Shown: piece after piece, positions 1-11,994 of the stretch
Layout of the letters: every line of letters starts with the position of its first letter
Numbering within the stretch: the stretch's first letter is position 1
Origin: Octopus vulgaris
Lineage: Eukaryota
Assembly: GCA_951406725.2 (NCBI GenBank)
Contig: OX597821.1
Span: forward strand, 87,482,001 to 87,546,000
Length of the DNA stretch: 64,000 bases
Direction: 5' to 3'
The notes under the pieces: model-generated
Databases searched by the model: none
Told to the model about the DNA's origin: nothing
Seen by the model: only the letters and a program-made list of their open reading frames with translations
Program-made: the position numbers and the translations under genes

Positions 1-17
1 AAAGAAAACAGCTGCTG

Positions 18-75
<58 letters not shown>
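18..75. repeat. (CTA)n microsatellite
   Basis: Direct reading of tandem CTA units. Confidence 0.95.
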
Positions 76-759
76 CATTTTGGTTTAGGTGACTTTGATA
101 CTTCAGTACCATAAGTAATGCCTGTTTATAATTTCTAGACTGTTCGGTTTGTCAGCTCTTAATTACAGCATTTGTGTCAGGCATTTAAGAATACAATTTA
201 GAATTAGGATGGTTTTTCCATGAATTTAGAGGGGATTTTTTCCACAGTATGCTTCCAACTAACACCATTAATCCCCCGTAGTTGACATCTGGAGATTGAA
301 AAGGCACAAAAAATTTTTTTGAAAATCACTTTACAATTAGAAAGCACCAAATGCTAATGCGTCAGTGTTTTGTTTTTCGGGATTACGTTCCTAGATAGAT
401 TACCGGTCAAAGTTTACAAGTTGCAATCCACTCATGGAGTGAGTTATCCTGCATCAGGTAACCCTTGCTAATTTTCCTCTGAAGAGTATAACTAGATAGT
501 CATGACTCTATCTTGGCTTCATCCCTCCTTTTGACAGGGCTTGTTTCTGCCCTGCTGAACGCCTAAGGTTTTCCTTACCAAGTCAGCAACCTGACTATGT
601 CAAAGGTTGTAATAGATCACATATTATGGAAACACTCCTAAGTAAGCTGAGGGAACCAGTGCAAACACTAAGGTCCGCATTGTACTGAACTACTAAAGTA
701 CTAAAGTCCGTATTGTACTAATGCATTATCTTTTATATCAGATACCCAAAAATTGAAAT

Positions 760-2060
760 GTGTAGCCAAGTAACTTGCACGTTGTAATGGAAAAGTCTGG
801 GAATGAAGTTTTGGCGAGGAAAAGAAGACAAAATCGGATGAACTATTGTCAAAAAGGTTACATGCCGAAATCAATAGGTTATATGAAGAAGAATAAATGC
901 TTGAATTGAAGAATATGACAATATTTGGAATTGCTGAAAATATCATCAACATCATGATATCCGACATTCCATATTTGGAACACAAAGCTGTATCTAGGAT
1001 TTGTCCATATTCAATGTTGCATTTTCCATGGAGATTCATTTTGTCCTTTTGTTCCTTGCTTTTGTTTTATCACTGATAACTGTCAATAAAATCATATGAA
1101 ACTGTTTGGATACAAATTTGGGAAGGAAGCTCCCAAACATTAATCACTTTCTATTTATAGTTGTTTACAAAATCAGAAAATTAAACTAATATGCAAGATT
1201 GTATTCTATTGTTGGTAGCATACAAGAACGGAGTTTAGCATTTCAGAGTGCACTGGAATTAGCTTAAGGAACAATATAAAAGAGACATGCAATGGTTTTT
1301 AGTTACCATCTGGAGAGAGTGATAGAAATATTGAATAAGCCATCAATAAATACAAATATGATAGAAAAGGTATAACAAGAGCAAATGAAAATGTTACAAA
1401 AGCCACCGAAGCTGCAATACAGAAGCTTGATTCCAGCCATCAATGGCCAAGCTGTAGTAATGATACGCTGCAATACTGCCCTTATTGGATTAAGGCAGTG
1501 GTTGAAAATCTTGACAGAAAAACTCAAAAGTTTGGTAGTGAGTAACATGTTACATCCACAAATAGGCTTGGTCTATTTGTACATACTTCGGGAGATTGGA
1601 GGTTGAAATTTTTTCCTGGTTGGAAGAATGTGTTTCCATTGAATATATAGACTTCAGTAAGTATTTGTTAATGAGTAATGAATTTCTTTTGCAGTATACT
1701 ATAAAAAAAATCATCTGTAATCTACTTCAGGAGTAGTGTAATGAAAACATAAGGAAGAAGGAAAATGAAATTATGCCCCTACATGATAAATTTCAAAGGG
1801 TATGGGGATCCCACAAAATTGAAGTTGTGGGATTGGCTAAGAAAGGAAGACCCGAAGCATCAAACTGGAAATGCAACATTTGCAGCTCAAAAGAAATTCC
1901 TTAACACAGACTCTGTGAAAAGAATATAAGATGTTTAATGTTATGTAGTCCGAAAATGGAAACTATGACTCATATTGTAAGTAATTGTAAAATGCTTGCA
2001 CAGAAAGACTATAATAGCATCAGGATAAAGTGTGCTCACATCTGATTGGTACTTGAAGAA
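760..2060 (+). mobile_element. Decayed R4/Dong-like (RLE-clade) non-LTR retrotransposon: post-RT region and CCHC knuckle
   Basis: Frameshift-joined translation: IPAINGQAVVMIRCNTALI / WIKAVVENLDRKTQK / VVSNMLHPQIGLVYLYILREIGG, then MPLHDKFQR, WDWLRKEDPKHQT..FAAQKKFLNT, LC..KMETMTHIVSNCKMLAQKDY. This follows the AINxxAV..W...LDRKTRK..LHP..LY..R..GG and CxxC-ET-xxHIxSxC pattern of R4/Dong ORFs. Many stops; RT core deleted. Confidence 0.65.
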
Positions 2061-2520
2061 AAAAAAAGTATGATTATGAAGTAAACCGGAAAAATTACCA
2101 GTCCGACAATGCTAGAAAATAAATTTGTTAAAATCTCGTTGATAATGTCCGTGAAACAGAGGAATTTCAGCCCATTTCAATCTGACATCCACATATCTTC
2201 ATCAACCATGAAGCGTTATCCTTCATACTTAGGTTTCATGCACTCTGAGAGAGAGAGAGAGAGAGAGAGAAGGAGAGAGAAAGAGTTGTTACTCCTTGCT
2301 TGCCGTCAGTGGTAACGATTTCCTCATTTGTGATAAACTGTTCATGCAGAAAATTCTTAAACTTAATATTTCAGAATAAGAACTAACAATTACTTACACA
2401 GCCTGAACTCCTCCTCCTGATGCTGATCCCCCTCTTCTTCCTCCTCCTCCTCCACCTACATTATCGTCGACATTGACGTCATCATCGTCGCCTTCAAGAT
2501 GATGATGGCAACAACGACCG

Positions 2521-2551
<31 letters not shown>

Positions 2552-2767
2552 ATCATCATCATCATTTTCATGTCTGTTTTTCCTTGCTGGTAAGGGTTAG
2601 ACGACACTTGGTAAATCAAATAATTTATGTCCGGATGCTCTTCCCGTCACCAACCCAACCCAACCCAACTTAGTTTTCTAGTAAAACGGCTATTCTTCTA
2701 ATCTTCCCCACTCATCTGCTGAACTACAGACCATTTGTTTACAGGTAAATATGTAATTAATGTCACC

Positions 2768-2807
2768 ATTATTATTATTATTACAATTATTATTATTATT
2801 ATTATTA

Positions 2808-2879
<72 letters not shown>

Positions 2880-2906
2880 TTACTATTATTATTATTATCA
2901 TTATTA

Positions 2907-2967
<61 letters not shown>

Positions 2968-3103
2968 CCTTATTATTATTATCATTATTATTATTATCCT
3001 TATTATTATTATCATTATTATTATTATTATTATTATTCTTACTATTATTATCATTATTATTATTATCCTTATTATTATTATCATTATTATTATTATTATT
3101 ATC

Positions 3104-3150
<47 letters not shown>

Positions 3151-3209
3151 CCCTCATTATTATCATTATTCTTACTATTATTATTATTATCATTATTATC
3201 ATTATTATA

Positions 3210-3241
<32 letters not shown>

Positions 3242-3408
3242 CATTATTCTTACTATTATTATTATTATCATTATTATCATTATTATTATTATTATCCTTA
3301 TTATTATTATTATCATTATTATTATTATTATCCTTATTATTATTATCCTTATTATTATTATCATTATTATTATCATTATTATTATTATTATTATCATTAT
3401 TATTAGTA

Positions 3409-3439
<31 letters not shown>

Positions 3440-3733
3440 CATTATTATTATCATTATTATTATTATTATCCTCATTATTATCATTATTATCCTCATTATT
3501 ATTATTATCCTCATTATTATTATTATTATTGTTGTTGTTGTTATTATTATTATTATCCTCATTATTATTATCATTATTATTATTATTGTTGTTGTTATTA
3601 TTATTATTATCCTCATTATTATTATCATTATTATCATTATTATTATTATTATTAGTAGTAGTATTATTATTATCCTCATTATTATTATCATTATTATCAT
3701 TATTATTATTATTAGTAGTAGTAGTATTATTAT
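2768..3733. repeat. Long compound (ATT)n/(ATC)n microsatellite, ~1 kb
   Basis: Direct reading; source of the poly-I/L/N/Y ORFs. Confidence 0.97.
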
Positions 3734-4552
3734 CTGCTCAGACAGTATTCATAAAGACATGAAGAAATTGACTGCCTCTAATTCACCCTCACACACATAA
3801 AAGCATACAATTATACAAATATACAAATACATGAAAGGCCTCCAATTATTTTCCATTTATTAGCTTCACTTACAAGACATTGGTTCGCCTAAATTTCTCA
3901 ACCATTTCTGTTTTTTACCTATGGACCCATTTGATTCTTATTTTAGTCGGATGTCCCCCACTAGCTATTCTATATTTTAAAAAATCCTCTAATATTATTG
4001 CGAATTGTATAAAAGAATTGTTAGAATATTTTGTGTATTGTATCAGTATAACCAATTTATTGCAGATAAATTTTAACAATAACATCTTATGTGGACCCCC
4101 AAGGGCCATAGACCCTAGCTGAGAACCATTGGTCTAAGGCTAAGCTAGAAAACACTTCGTCCAAGAAGTCACGCAATGAAACTAAACCCAAAGCTACGTT
4201 TTGGCTAAGTGAGCTTTATAACGACATAATATTATATAATAGCGTTTCTGCCCGAAATCTCAGTCTAATTCCACCCAAAGCTGAAAATCTCAAAATGACC
4301 CAAACATGATTATTGGGGAGAATTTAGAACGAGTATTGATTTTAGTGGGTCTGTGAACTTGGATGAGAAAATGATTACAACTTTATTTTCGTAAATGCGA
4401 CAGAAGTTACATTTTCTTTCAATAAATGTTGGTAGCAAAGGAATAAATGGTTTCTAAACTAATAAAGGCACATATATTTTTACACTATATTTAAAAAAAT
4501 TATAGAATCAGTTCTCTTTCAACGAACTCTCAAAAATATACATGATATATAC

Positions 4553-4918
4553 GAGTGGCTGTGTGGTAAGTAGCTTGCTAACCAACCACATGGTTCCGGG
4601 TTCAGTCCCACTGCGTGGCATCTTCGGCAAGTGTCTTCTGCTATAGCCCTGGGTCGACCAATGCTTTGTGAGTGGATTTGGTAGACGGAAACTGAAAGAA
4701 GCCTGTCGTATATATGTATGTGTGTGTCTTTGTCCCCCTAGCATTGCTTGACAACCGATGCTGGTGTGTTTACGTCCCCGTCAATTAGCGGTACGGTAAA
4801 AGTGACCGATAGAATAAGTACTAGGCTTACAAAGAATAAGTCCTGGGGTCAATTTGCTCGACTAAAGGCTGTGCTCCAGTATAGCCGCATTCAAATGACT
4901 GAAACAAGTAAAAGAATA
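4553..4918 (+). mobile_element. tRNA-derived SINE, family A
   Basis: Head GAGTGGCTGTGTGGTAAG..GGTTCAGTCCC (A/B-box-like), GGCAAGTGTCTT core, internal (TA/TG)n, tail ..TGACTGAAACAAGTAAAAGA; about 10 homologues in the window. Confidence 0.9.
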
Positions 4919-6644
4919 CACAAAAGATGTTAAGTATCCTTAACTTAGAGTAAGACATATTTTTTTAGAGGACTAGAGAAAATTAACTTCATACGTGGAT
5001 ATGATGCTATTCAAGCGATTGAGCAGCTTGTGGTTTGTAGACTGTCACCAGCATCAGCATTATGTTCGAGGCCAAGGGATTTCAATTATAAAAACGGCAA
5101 CGATCTAGCGTTAAGTAGCTACTAATGGTGATATTATCTTTCTACAGTAACAACTATTAGGGTAGTTGAACATAGATAACTTAGATGTATTTCAGCCAAA
5201 GATTTGCCAAGGCCGTGTCTAAATTATTAGCACCGACTGATAGGGTCTATAAAGTCATTTTTATTGAGAACCATCCTGTTTCTATCGATACAGTCTCCTG
5301 AATATGCTGAAAATTTTGTCTGATTTGTGTTAAATACATTGAACTTGCAGGCCCATACGCACGCACGCACTCATCCAGATATAACTGATGAATAGTATAC
5401 CAATGCAAGATGCTGGTTTCAAGTCTCCTTGTAGAAAATCTACCCGTGATAAATCAGTATCCTATAGAAGTAGGAAATTTGTTTCTAATCTATTTAACTA
5501 AACTATTTAAAACTATGGAACCTAGCTCTATGGAGCTTTTGTGATTTGGGAAAATCTAGCTCATGAAGTTTTCTTAAATACAGAAAGAGCTAAGTATTGA
5601 TTGTGGTTTAAAGGTATGGACTTCAAAATGGAATTCATTTTCAAAGGTTACTCATAAAAGGGATAGGAAGAGATATAATTAAATTTAATATTTTATCATA
5701 ACTTATGAGTATATGAATAATTCATTAGTGGTCCCATGGGTGGAGGTAGAGACCTGAAGAGACCTGAACAGTCCTGTTATTTATAAAATGTTAGTAAACG
5801 GAGTGTCATTAGAGTAGGTCTTTTCTCCATGCCTGCAATAGTATTGCAATTTAGATTTTGCAGCAACTATTCGAGAAGAATTTTCTATTGTATATTTATA
5901 TATTTTTGAAAAATTACCACGAATTGAATTGAATTAAATTGCACTGCATTGGAAATAGACAAATTTACAAACAACAGAAATTTATTCCATGGAAAAAATT
6001 AAAAGAAAAAAAACAAAAACTACATATGTACCATTACAAAAAAGTATTTTTTTTTTTAAAGTAAAGAATAAAATAAAATTCGAATAAAATTAGATATAAT
6101 TTTTTAAAAAATATTTCAAGATGTTGCCAATTAAGAATTTGGCTGACTGTCAATTTTGGCACAGGAATAATTCTTTAAGTATCTTCAGGTTGTTGTCACT
6201 GACACCTTAATATGGAAGAGTAGCTTTTTCTCAAGAGAATGAACATTCTTCATAATCACAACCATTTTACTCTCTTTCCATTACCCTCCTCTCGATATAG
6301 ACATATAAACACCCCTCCACACACAGCCATAAGAATACATACGTTTACATACATACATATATAGGGATATACATTGATGAAAGAACATATATATGCATGT
6401 ATTTACATATATAAACACTCATATACACGCACGTGTTTGCACAGTATACATGTGTGGCTCAATTATGTGCGACTGTCTATTTCCATATATGTATGTATTT
6501 AGCCCTTTCTTTGCTTTCTTAATAATCATTCCACTTTTCTCTATTTATATCTACTTATCTCTCCCTTTAAACGCACATACGTAAGTCTGTGTGTGAGAAG
6601 GCTTACACGTATCTATGTATGCATGCGTGCATGTTTGTGTGTAT

Positions 6645-6646
6645 AC

Positions 6647-6721
<75 letters not shown>

Positions 6722-6895
6722 TGTGTGTGTTTATATGTACATGTGTGAGTCTGTGTATGGATCGATGGATGTGTGTGTAGGAATAATGTTTATGCATTAG
6801 TTTTCAGAAATAAAAACGAAAAATTGGAATTTAATTGTACATACACTTACATGTAAAATACATACACACATACTTTCATGCAAGCATACACACAC

Positions 6896-6941
<46 letters not shown>

Positions 6942-7245
6942 GTCCATACATATATATATATATATACCTATATGTACAGATATACAATATATATGTATAA
7001 ATATATATATATGTATGCTTGTACATATATATATATTTATATATATAATGTTTATATATATATGTATATATATAATATTTACATATATATATACATTTAT
7101 ATATGTATATATATATATGTACATGCATATATATGTTTGTACATATGTATGCACGGTCGTGTGTATGTATATGTAGGAAAAGAGGGAGAAGGAAGTGCTT
7201 ATATTCACATTACACATATATGTATATATATATATATATATGTGT
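6645..7245. repeat. (TA)n/(TG)n compound microsatellite
   Basis: Direct reading. Confidence 0.9.
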
Positions 7246-7558
7246 GCACTCCCTAGTACAAGCATGTGCAAATACACACAATATGTATTGACCAATGTTA
7301 CATTCAACAAAATTCCAATTCTGTAGTCTGTTTAATGATTATTGATAAGAACGTCAAGTTGCACATATAGCAGCTGCATTTAAGATAGATAATAGTGATG
7401 TTGAAGAACAAAAATAAATTTTTACGCTGGTTGATGAAATTAGCTTTGTAAAACTGTTGAAAACTATGGTTAAGATACATCCAAAATTAAGAGACATGAT
7501 TTGTGGTGGAGACGTATTTCATCAACGACTAGAATTTTAAAGACAAAGAGGGGGAGGA

Positions 7559-7961
7559 AGCACTCCGTCGGTTACGACGATGAGGGTTCCGTCGGTTACG
7601 ACGATGAGGGTTCCGGTTGATCCGAATCAACGGAACAGCCTGCTCGTGAAATTAACGTGTAAGTGTCTGAGCACTCCACAGACACGTGTACCCTTAACGT
7701 AGTTCTCGGGGATATTCAGCGTGACACAGAGAGTGACAAGGCCGGCCCTTTGAAGTACAGGTACAACAGAAACAGGTAGTAAGAGTGAGAGAAAGTTGTG
7801 GGAAAGAGTACAGCAGGGATCACCACCATCCCCTGCCGGAGCCTCGTGGAGCTTTAGGTGTTTTCGCTCAATAAACACTCACAACGCCCGGTCTAGGAAT
7901 CGAAACCGCGATCCTATGACCGCGAGTCCGCTGCCCTAACCACTGGGCTATTGCGCCTCCA
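7559..7961 (-). mobile_element. tRNA-derived SINE, family C, full length
   Basis: Minus-strand head GGAGGCGCAATAGCCCAGTGGTTAGGGCAGCGG..GGTTTCGATTCC; flanking direct repeat AAAGACAAAGA (TSD); homologue at 46718-47097; ~24-bp tail duplication at 7565-7612. Confidence 0.9.
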
Positions 7962-8355
7962 TTCAAAGACAAAGAACCAAAGAAAGATAGCAAGATATTT
8001 GAAAGTTTAAAAAAGCTGCTATGTGAGACAATGCTTGAAAAAATGGCCCTTTGCCTGTCAAAAGCACTTTCATAAGTTTCTTTTAAACGTCCATGTTTCT
8101 TTTAAAAGATTTCGGCTGCCCCCGTTTCATACGTCCTGAGTTATATCAAGCTTTTTTTTCCTAAATATGAATTTATTCTGGTGATTAAAAAGAAATTGGG
8201 ATGTTGTCTTATATGATGCATGGACGCCAGGAAAATAGGTCCTGTGTATATCCTGTGCAATTAACTATCTGCTATTTCTGTTTGCATGCTTATAAACGTG
8301 GATTGATTTTTCGGTGGATAGAAATTTCTATTAGAGACGCATTATAAGACACTGT

Positions 8356-8677
8356 GAAGGCGCGTGGCTTAGTGGGTAAGGTATTCGGCTCAACATCGTA
8401 AGGTCGTGAGTTCAATTCCCGGCGACGCGTTGTGTCCTTGAGCATGACACTTTATTTCACGTTGCTCCAGCCCATAAGCCTGGCAAAAATGAGTGGTACC
8501 TGTATTTCGAAGAGCCAACCTTGTCACATACTTTCTTGCACTGAATCTCTTTGAGAACTATGTTAAGGGTACACGTGTCTGTGGGGTTCTCAGCCACGTG
8601 CACGTTAATTTCACGAGCAGGCTGTTCTGCTGATCTGATCAACCGGAACCCTTGTCGTCGTAACCGTCGGGGTGCCA
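8356..8677 (+). mobile_element. tRNA-derived SINE, family D (3' tail shared with family C)
   Basis: Head GAAGGCGCGTGGCTTAGTGG..GAGTTCAATTCC, GTGTCCTTGAGCA core, tail CACGTTAATTTCACGAGCAGGCTGTT..GTCGTCGTAACCG. Confidence 0.85.
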
Positions 8678-9044
8678 GTTATAAAAGACAGTAGATGGAA
8701 TAGCTGATTGGTCGAACAACAGACAATACCTTCAAAGATTTATCTATGTTCTTTCACAATCAGAATTAAATTTCTACATGCATCAATCTTACCTCTCGTA
8801 TTCTCTTAGTTGTTAAAGTTAGTTAAAGTCAAATGCTAGTGAAATATATACACCTCTCCAAGAAATTATGGTCATGTGTTAATATTAGAAATTAATCGAT
8901 TAAAGAGAAAGAATTAGGTCGAAAGACCGGGGTTTCAAAGTTCCTTTAACTAAATGACTTGAGCATGTTATCAACAGATAACCTGAAAGGAGAAAGTGTT
9001 TGTTCTCTGAAGGCAAAATACAATGATTAATATAATATTCCACT

Positions 9045-9228
9045 GCAACTTGACAACTGGAGTTGGTTTGTTTACGTCCCTGTAACTTAGCGGTTCGGCA
9101 AAAGAATCAGATAGAATAAGTACCGGGTTTAAAAGAAAATAAGTACTGGGGTCGATTCAATCGACTAAAACTCTTCAAGGTGGTGCTCCATCACGGCAGC
9201 AGCTCCAAGACGGAACCAAGTAAATAAA
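9045..9228 (+). mobile_element. SINE family A, 3' fragment
   Basis: GTTTACGTCCCTGTAACTTAGCGGTTCGGCAAAAGA..GATAGAATAAGTAC matches the family A tail. Confidence 0.75.
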
Positions 9229-9846
9229 AAAAAATAACAGAACATACATGTTCAGATCTGCCGGAGCATATTAAGAATGAATATGCACGTCAGTGTTTTG
9301 TTTCTCGCTGAAGTACGTGCACATGATAATTTATTAACGATTTGTCAGACATCAGCGCACTTCAGAAAGTAATTTGTTTGCTAAATTCTATGAGGAAAAG
9401 CCACCGTTATATTAATTCGAGAGCAGCTTTGACTGAAGAGACACAACCAGTCTGAAACAGTGGTGACAAAACATCCTCTTACGTTTATGAATCCAGTACC
9501 TTCTTCGGAGAACCTTGTTTCAGAGGAGGTGTTCTCTGAAGACGAAATACACCTAACATTAACATATTTTCGCTCTAATATGCCGGAACGTATAGGAAAC
9601 GAATGTGTACATCACCATTATTTTTCACACATACGCGCACGGGTACCAGACACATATACTCACACTAAACATACAAAATAAAATTGATTGTAAGTTAATG
9701 GTTATGTTAGAGATATTTTGAAATCGGAATGCATTACTTTGTCAGTGAATTGCTTCGAGCAGTGTTTATGCTGATGATCTACTGAATATAAATTTGATTC
9801 TTACCACAGCTATTACCTTAAAGAGCTGTGCAAGATCATGACCCGA

Positions 9847-10107
9847 CTTTTCGTCCGATGTCTCTTTGTCCAACATCGCTTCGTCTACGTCTTTTGGTAC
9901 GACGTCCTTTTGTCCCATATTTTCTTTTTTTGTCTGGCAATTTTTTAATTCAATTTTAAATAAACTCTTTAGAAAACAAGGTGAACATCAAAATCGAATA
10001 ATCATTGAGAATTTTATTGATAGGATTTGTCGTTGGACAAAAAAACAATCATTGGACAAAAAGACATGGACGAAAATATGCTTGACGAAGTGACATCGGC
10101 CGAAAAG
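9847..10107. mobile_element. MITE-like element with imperfect ~70-bp inverted termini built from short subrepeats
   Basis: Left CTTTTCGTCCGATGTCTCTTTGTCC versus reverse complement of right end CTTTTCGGCCGATGTCACTTCGTCA; repeated TTTTCGTCC/GGACGAAAA-like motifs. Confidence 0.6.
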
Positions 10108-10140
10108 ATATACTACCGCGCATGACTTCAGTTTACTTCA

Positions 10141-10559
10141 GGAGTGGCGAGCTGACAGAAACGTTAACATGCCGGGCGAAATGCGTAGCCGTATTTCGTC
10201 TGTCTTTACGTTCTGAGTTCAAATTCCGCCGAGGTCGACTTTGCCTTTCATCCTTTCGGAGTCGATTAAATAAGTACCAGTTACGCACTGGGGTCGATAT
10301 AATCGACTTAATCCATTTGTCTGTCCTTGTTTGTCCTCTCTGTGTTTAGCCCCTTGTGAGTAGTAAAGAAATAGGTATTTTGTATGCCGCTACGTTCTGA
10401 GTTCAAATTCCGCTGAGGTCAACTTTGCCTTTCATCCTTTCGGGATCCATTAAATAAGTAACAGTTACGCACTGGGGTCGATATAATCGACTTAATCCGT
10501 TTGTCTGTCCTTGTTTGTCCCCTCTGTGTTTAGCCCCTTGTGGGTAGTAAAGAAATAGG
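10141..10559 (+). mobile_element. tRNA-derived SINE, family B, with tandemly duplicated body
   Basis: GGCGAGCTGACAGAAACGTTA..GAGTTCAAATTCCGCCGAGGTCGACTTTGCCTTTCATCC..GTAAAGAAATAG; body repeated from ~10376. Confidence 0.9.
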
Positions 10560-10623
10560 AAATAGTTATTGTTTATACTGGAGACGGGGAGAACATTACA
10601 AGGACAGTTTACAGTTTACATTA

Positions 10624-10674
10624 GTTGTAGTAGTATTAGTAGTACAAGTAGTAGTAGTAGTAGTAGTAGTAGTT

Positions 10675-10727
<53 letters not shown>

Positions 10728-10770
10728 TGTTGTTGTTGCTGTTGTTTTTAGCAGTAGACGTAGTAGAAGT
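10624..10770. repeat. (GTA)n/(GTT)n microsatellite
   Basis: Direct reading. Confidence 0.9.
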
Positions 10771-11529
10771 AGTTGTTTGTTAATATTGTTGTTACGGCCA
10801 AGAAAATCCTGTGTGACCGACCTTACTTTAAAAAGTAGGTTGGAACTTGAGAGAGGTTTGTCTTCTATTTCTAGCGAAATCAAGCGATTGCGTGGGCGCT
10901 GTCTTCATATGAAAACTTTAAACTCCAACTTACCGCACCATACAAACTGTCTCCGTAGCAACACACTCAGATTCTGATGACGTGACTGGCAATAAATATA
11001 TGCCGCTGTAACTTTAAGCATTAACACCAGTTTCCAATATAATGAAAAATTTCCGAAACGTTACCACTAATTAATACATGGATAATGAAGTCTAATTGCT
11101 TAGTTCAGTGGTTTTAATGTATTTAATTAACTCCACACTCAGAGATTTCCAACGCCATCTCACCTACCCAACCAGTCACCTTGAAACAAATCGTGTTGGC
11201 ATTACTATACGTAATACTTTGACACATGCAGTACAAGACTCCAATTTAGATACCCTTCTGTCAGCAATACATTCTAGATACGCACGTCACCCGTTGACGT
11301 TGGAAATAGAAATGAAATGCTGCTAAATCACCTGACGGTTGGAATTCTTGATGGTACATGATAATACGTTTAAGAGGCAGTTGTTTACATTGCTTTTAAT
11401 CATTCTTCATTTAATTTTTGTTGTTGTGGTTGTGGTTGTTGCTACCGTTTTTGTTGTTGTTGTGGTTGTTATAACAGTTGTTTACTGTCAGACCAGCTCT
11501 GAGTAAACTTTTAAATTTTTACATTTTAT

Positions 11530-11700
11530 TTATTTTACTCAGACTGCTGCCATGCTGGGGCAGTATCTTGAAGAGTTTTAGTCGAACGAATCGACCATAG
11601 TATTTAGTAATTTTTTAAAAAAGCCTAGGACTTATTCTATCGACCCGCTAGGTTACAGGAAGGTAACCACACCAACACCGGTTGTCAAGCGGTGACTGGG
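11530..11700 (-). mobile_element. SINE family A, 3' fragment
   Basis: GCCATGCTGGGGCA..ACTTATTCTATCG..CGGTTGTCAAGCGG is the reverse complement of the family A tail. Confidence 0.7.
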
Positions 11701-11994
11701 GATTACCATAGGCATACATACACACATATATATTTCGTTTTTGTATTTGGTTTGCAAGATTCTTTATGTAAATTAGTGTGTTGAAGCATATTTTATTGTG
11801 TCTGGGGAGATTCATTCTCTTTTAATACCTTATTAATTTAACACACTCACCGGTCTGATTTCTACTCATTTTCTTATTATTACTAAAATGTTCGTTGCGT
11901 CTTGCAACCTTTTCAGTAGTCGTTGGATCTGTCCGTTATCAGAACTGCGTTCCTTTTTTTTTCGTGTGCATGCGTGTGCATCAGACTGCGTGCG

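Noticed and set aside
479-510. Isolated CTGANGA motifs (also 5385, 9771, 10975, 33248, 50264, 57349)
   Set aside because: No paired stem II, GAAA and NUH/stem I context, so not hammerheads.
2690-3800. Long ORFs of 223-346 aa (poly-I/L/N), and similar poly-D/M/YI/CV ORFs across the window
   Set aside because: Stop-free frames of (ATT)n, (GAT)n, (TA)n, (CATA)n and (TG)n microsatellites; no protein signal.
9255-9600. Weak inverted similarity (GCATATTA..AATATG / CATATT..TAATATGC)
   Set aside because: Too diverged to support by eye.
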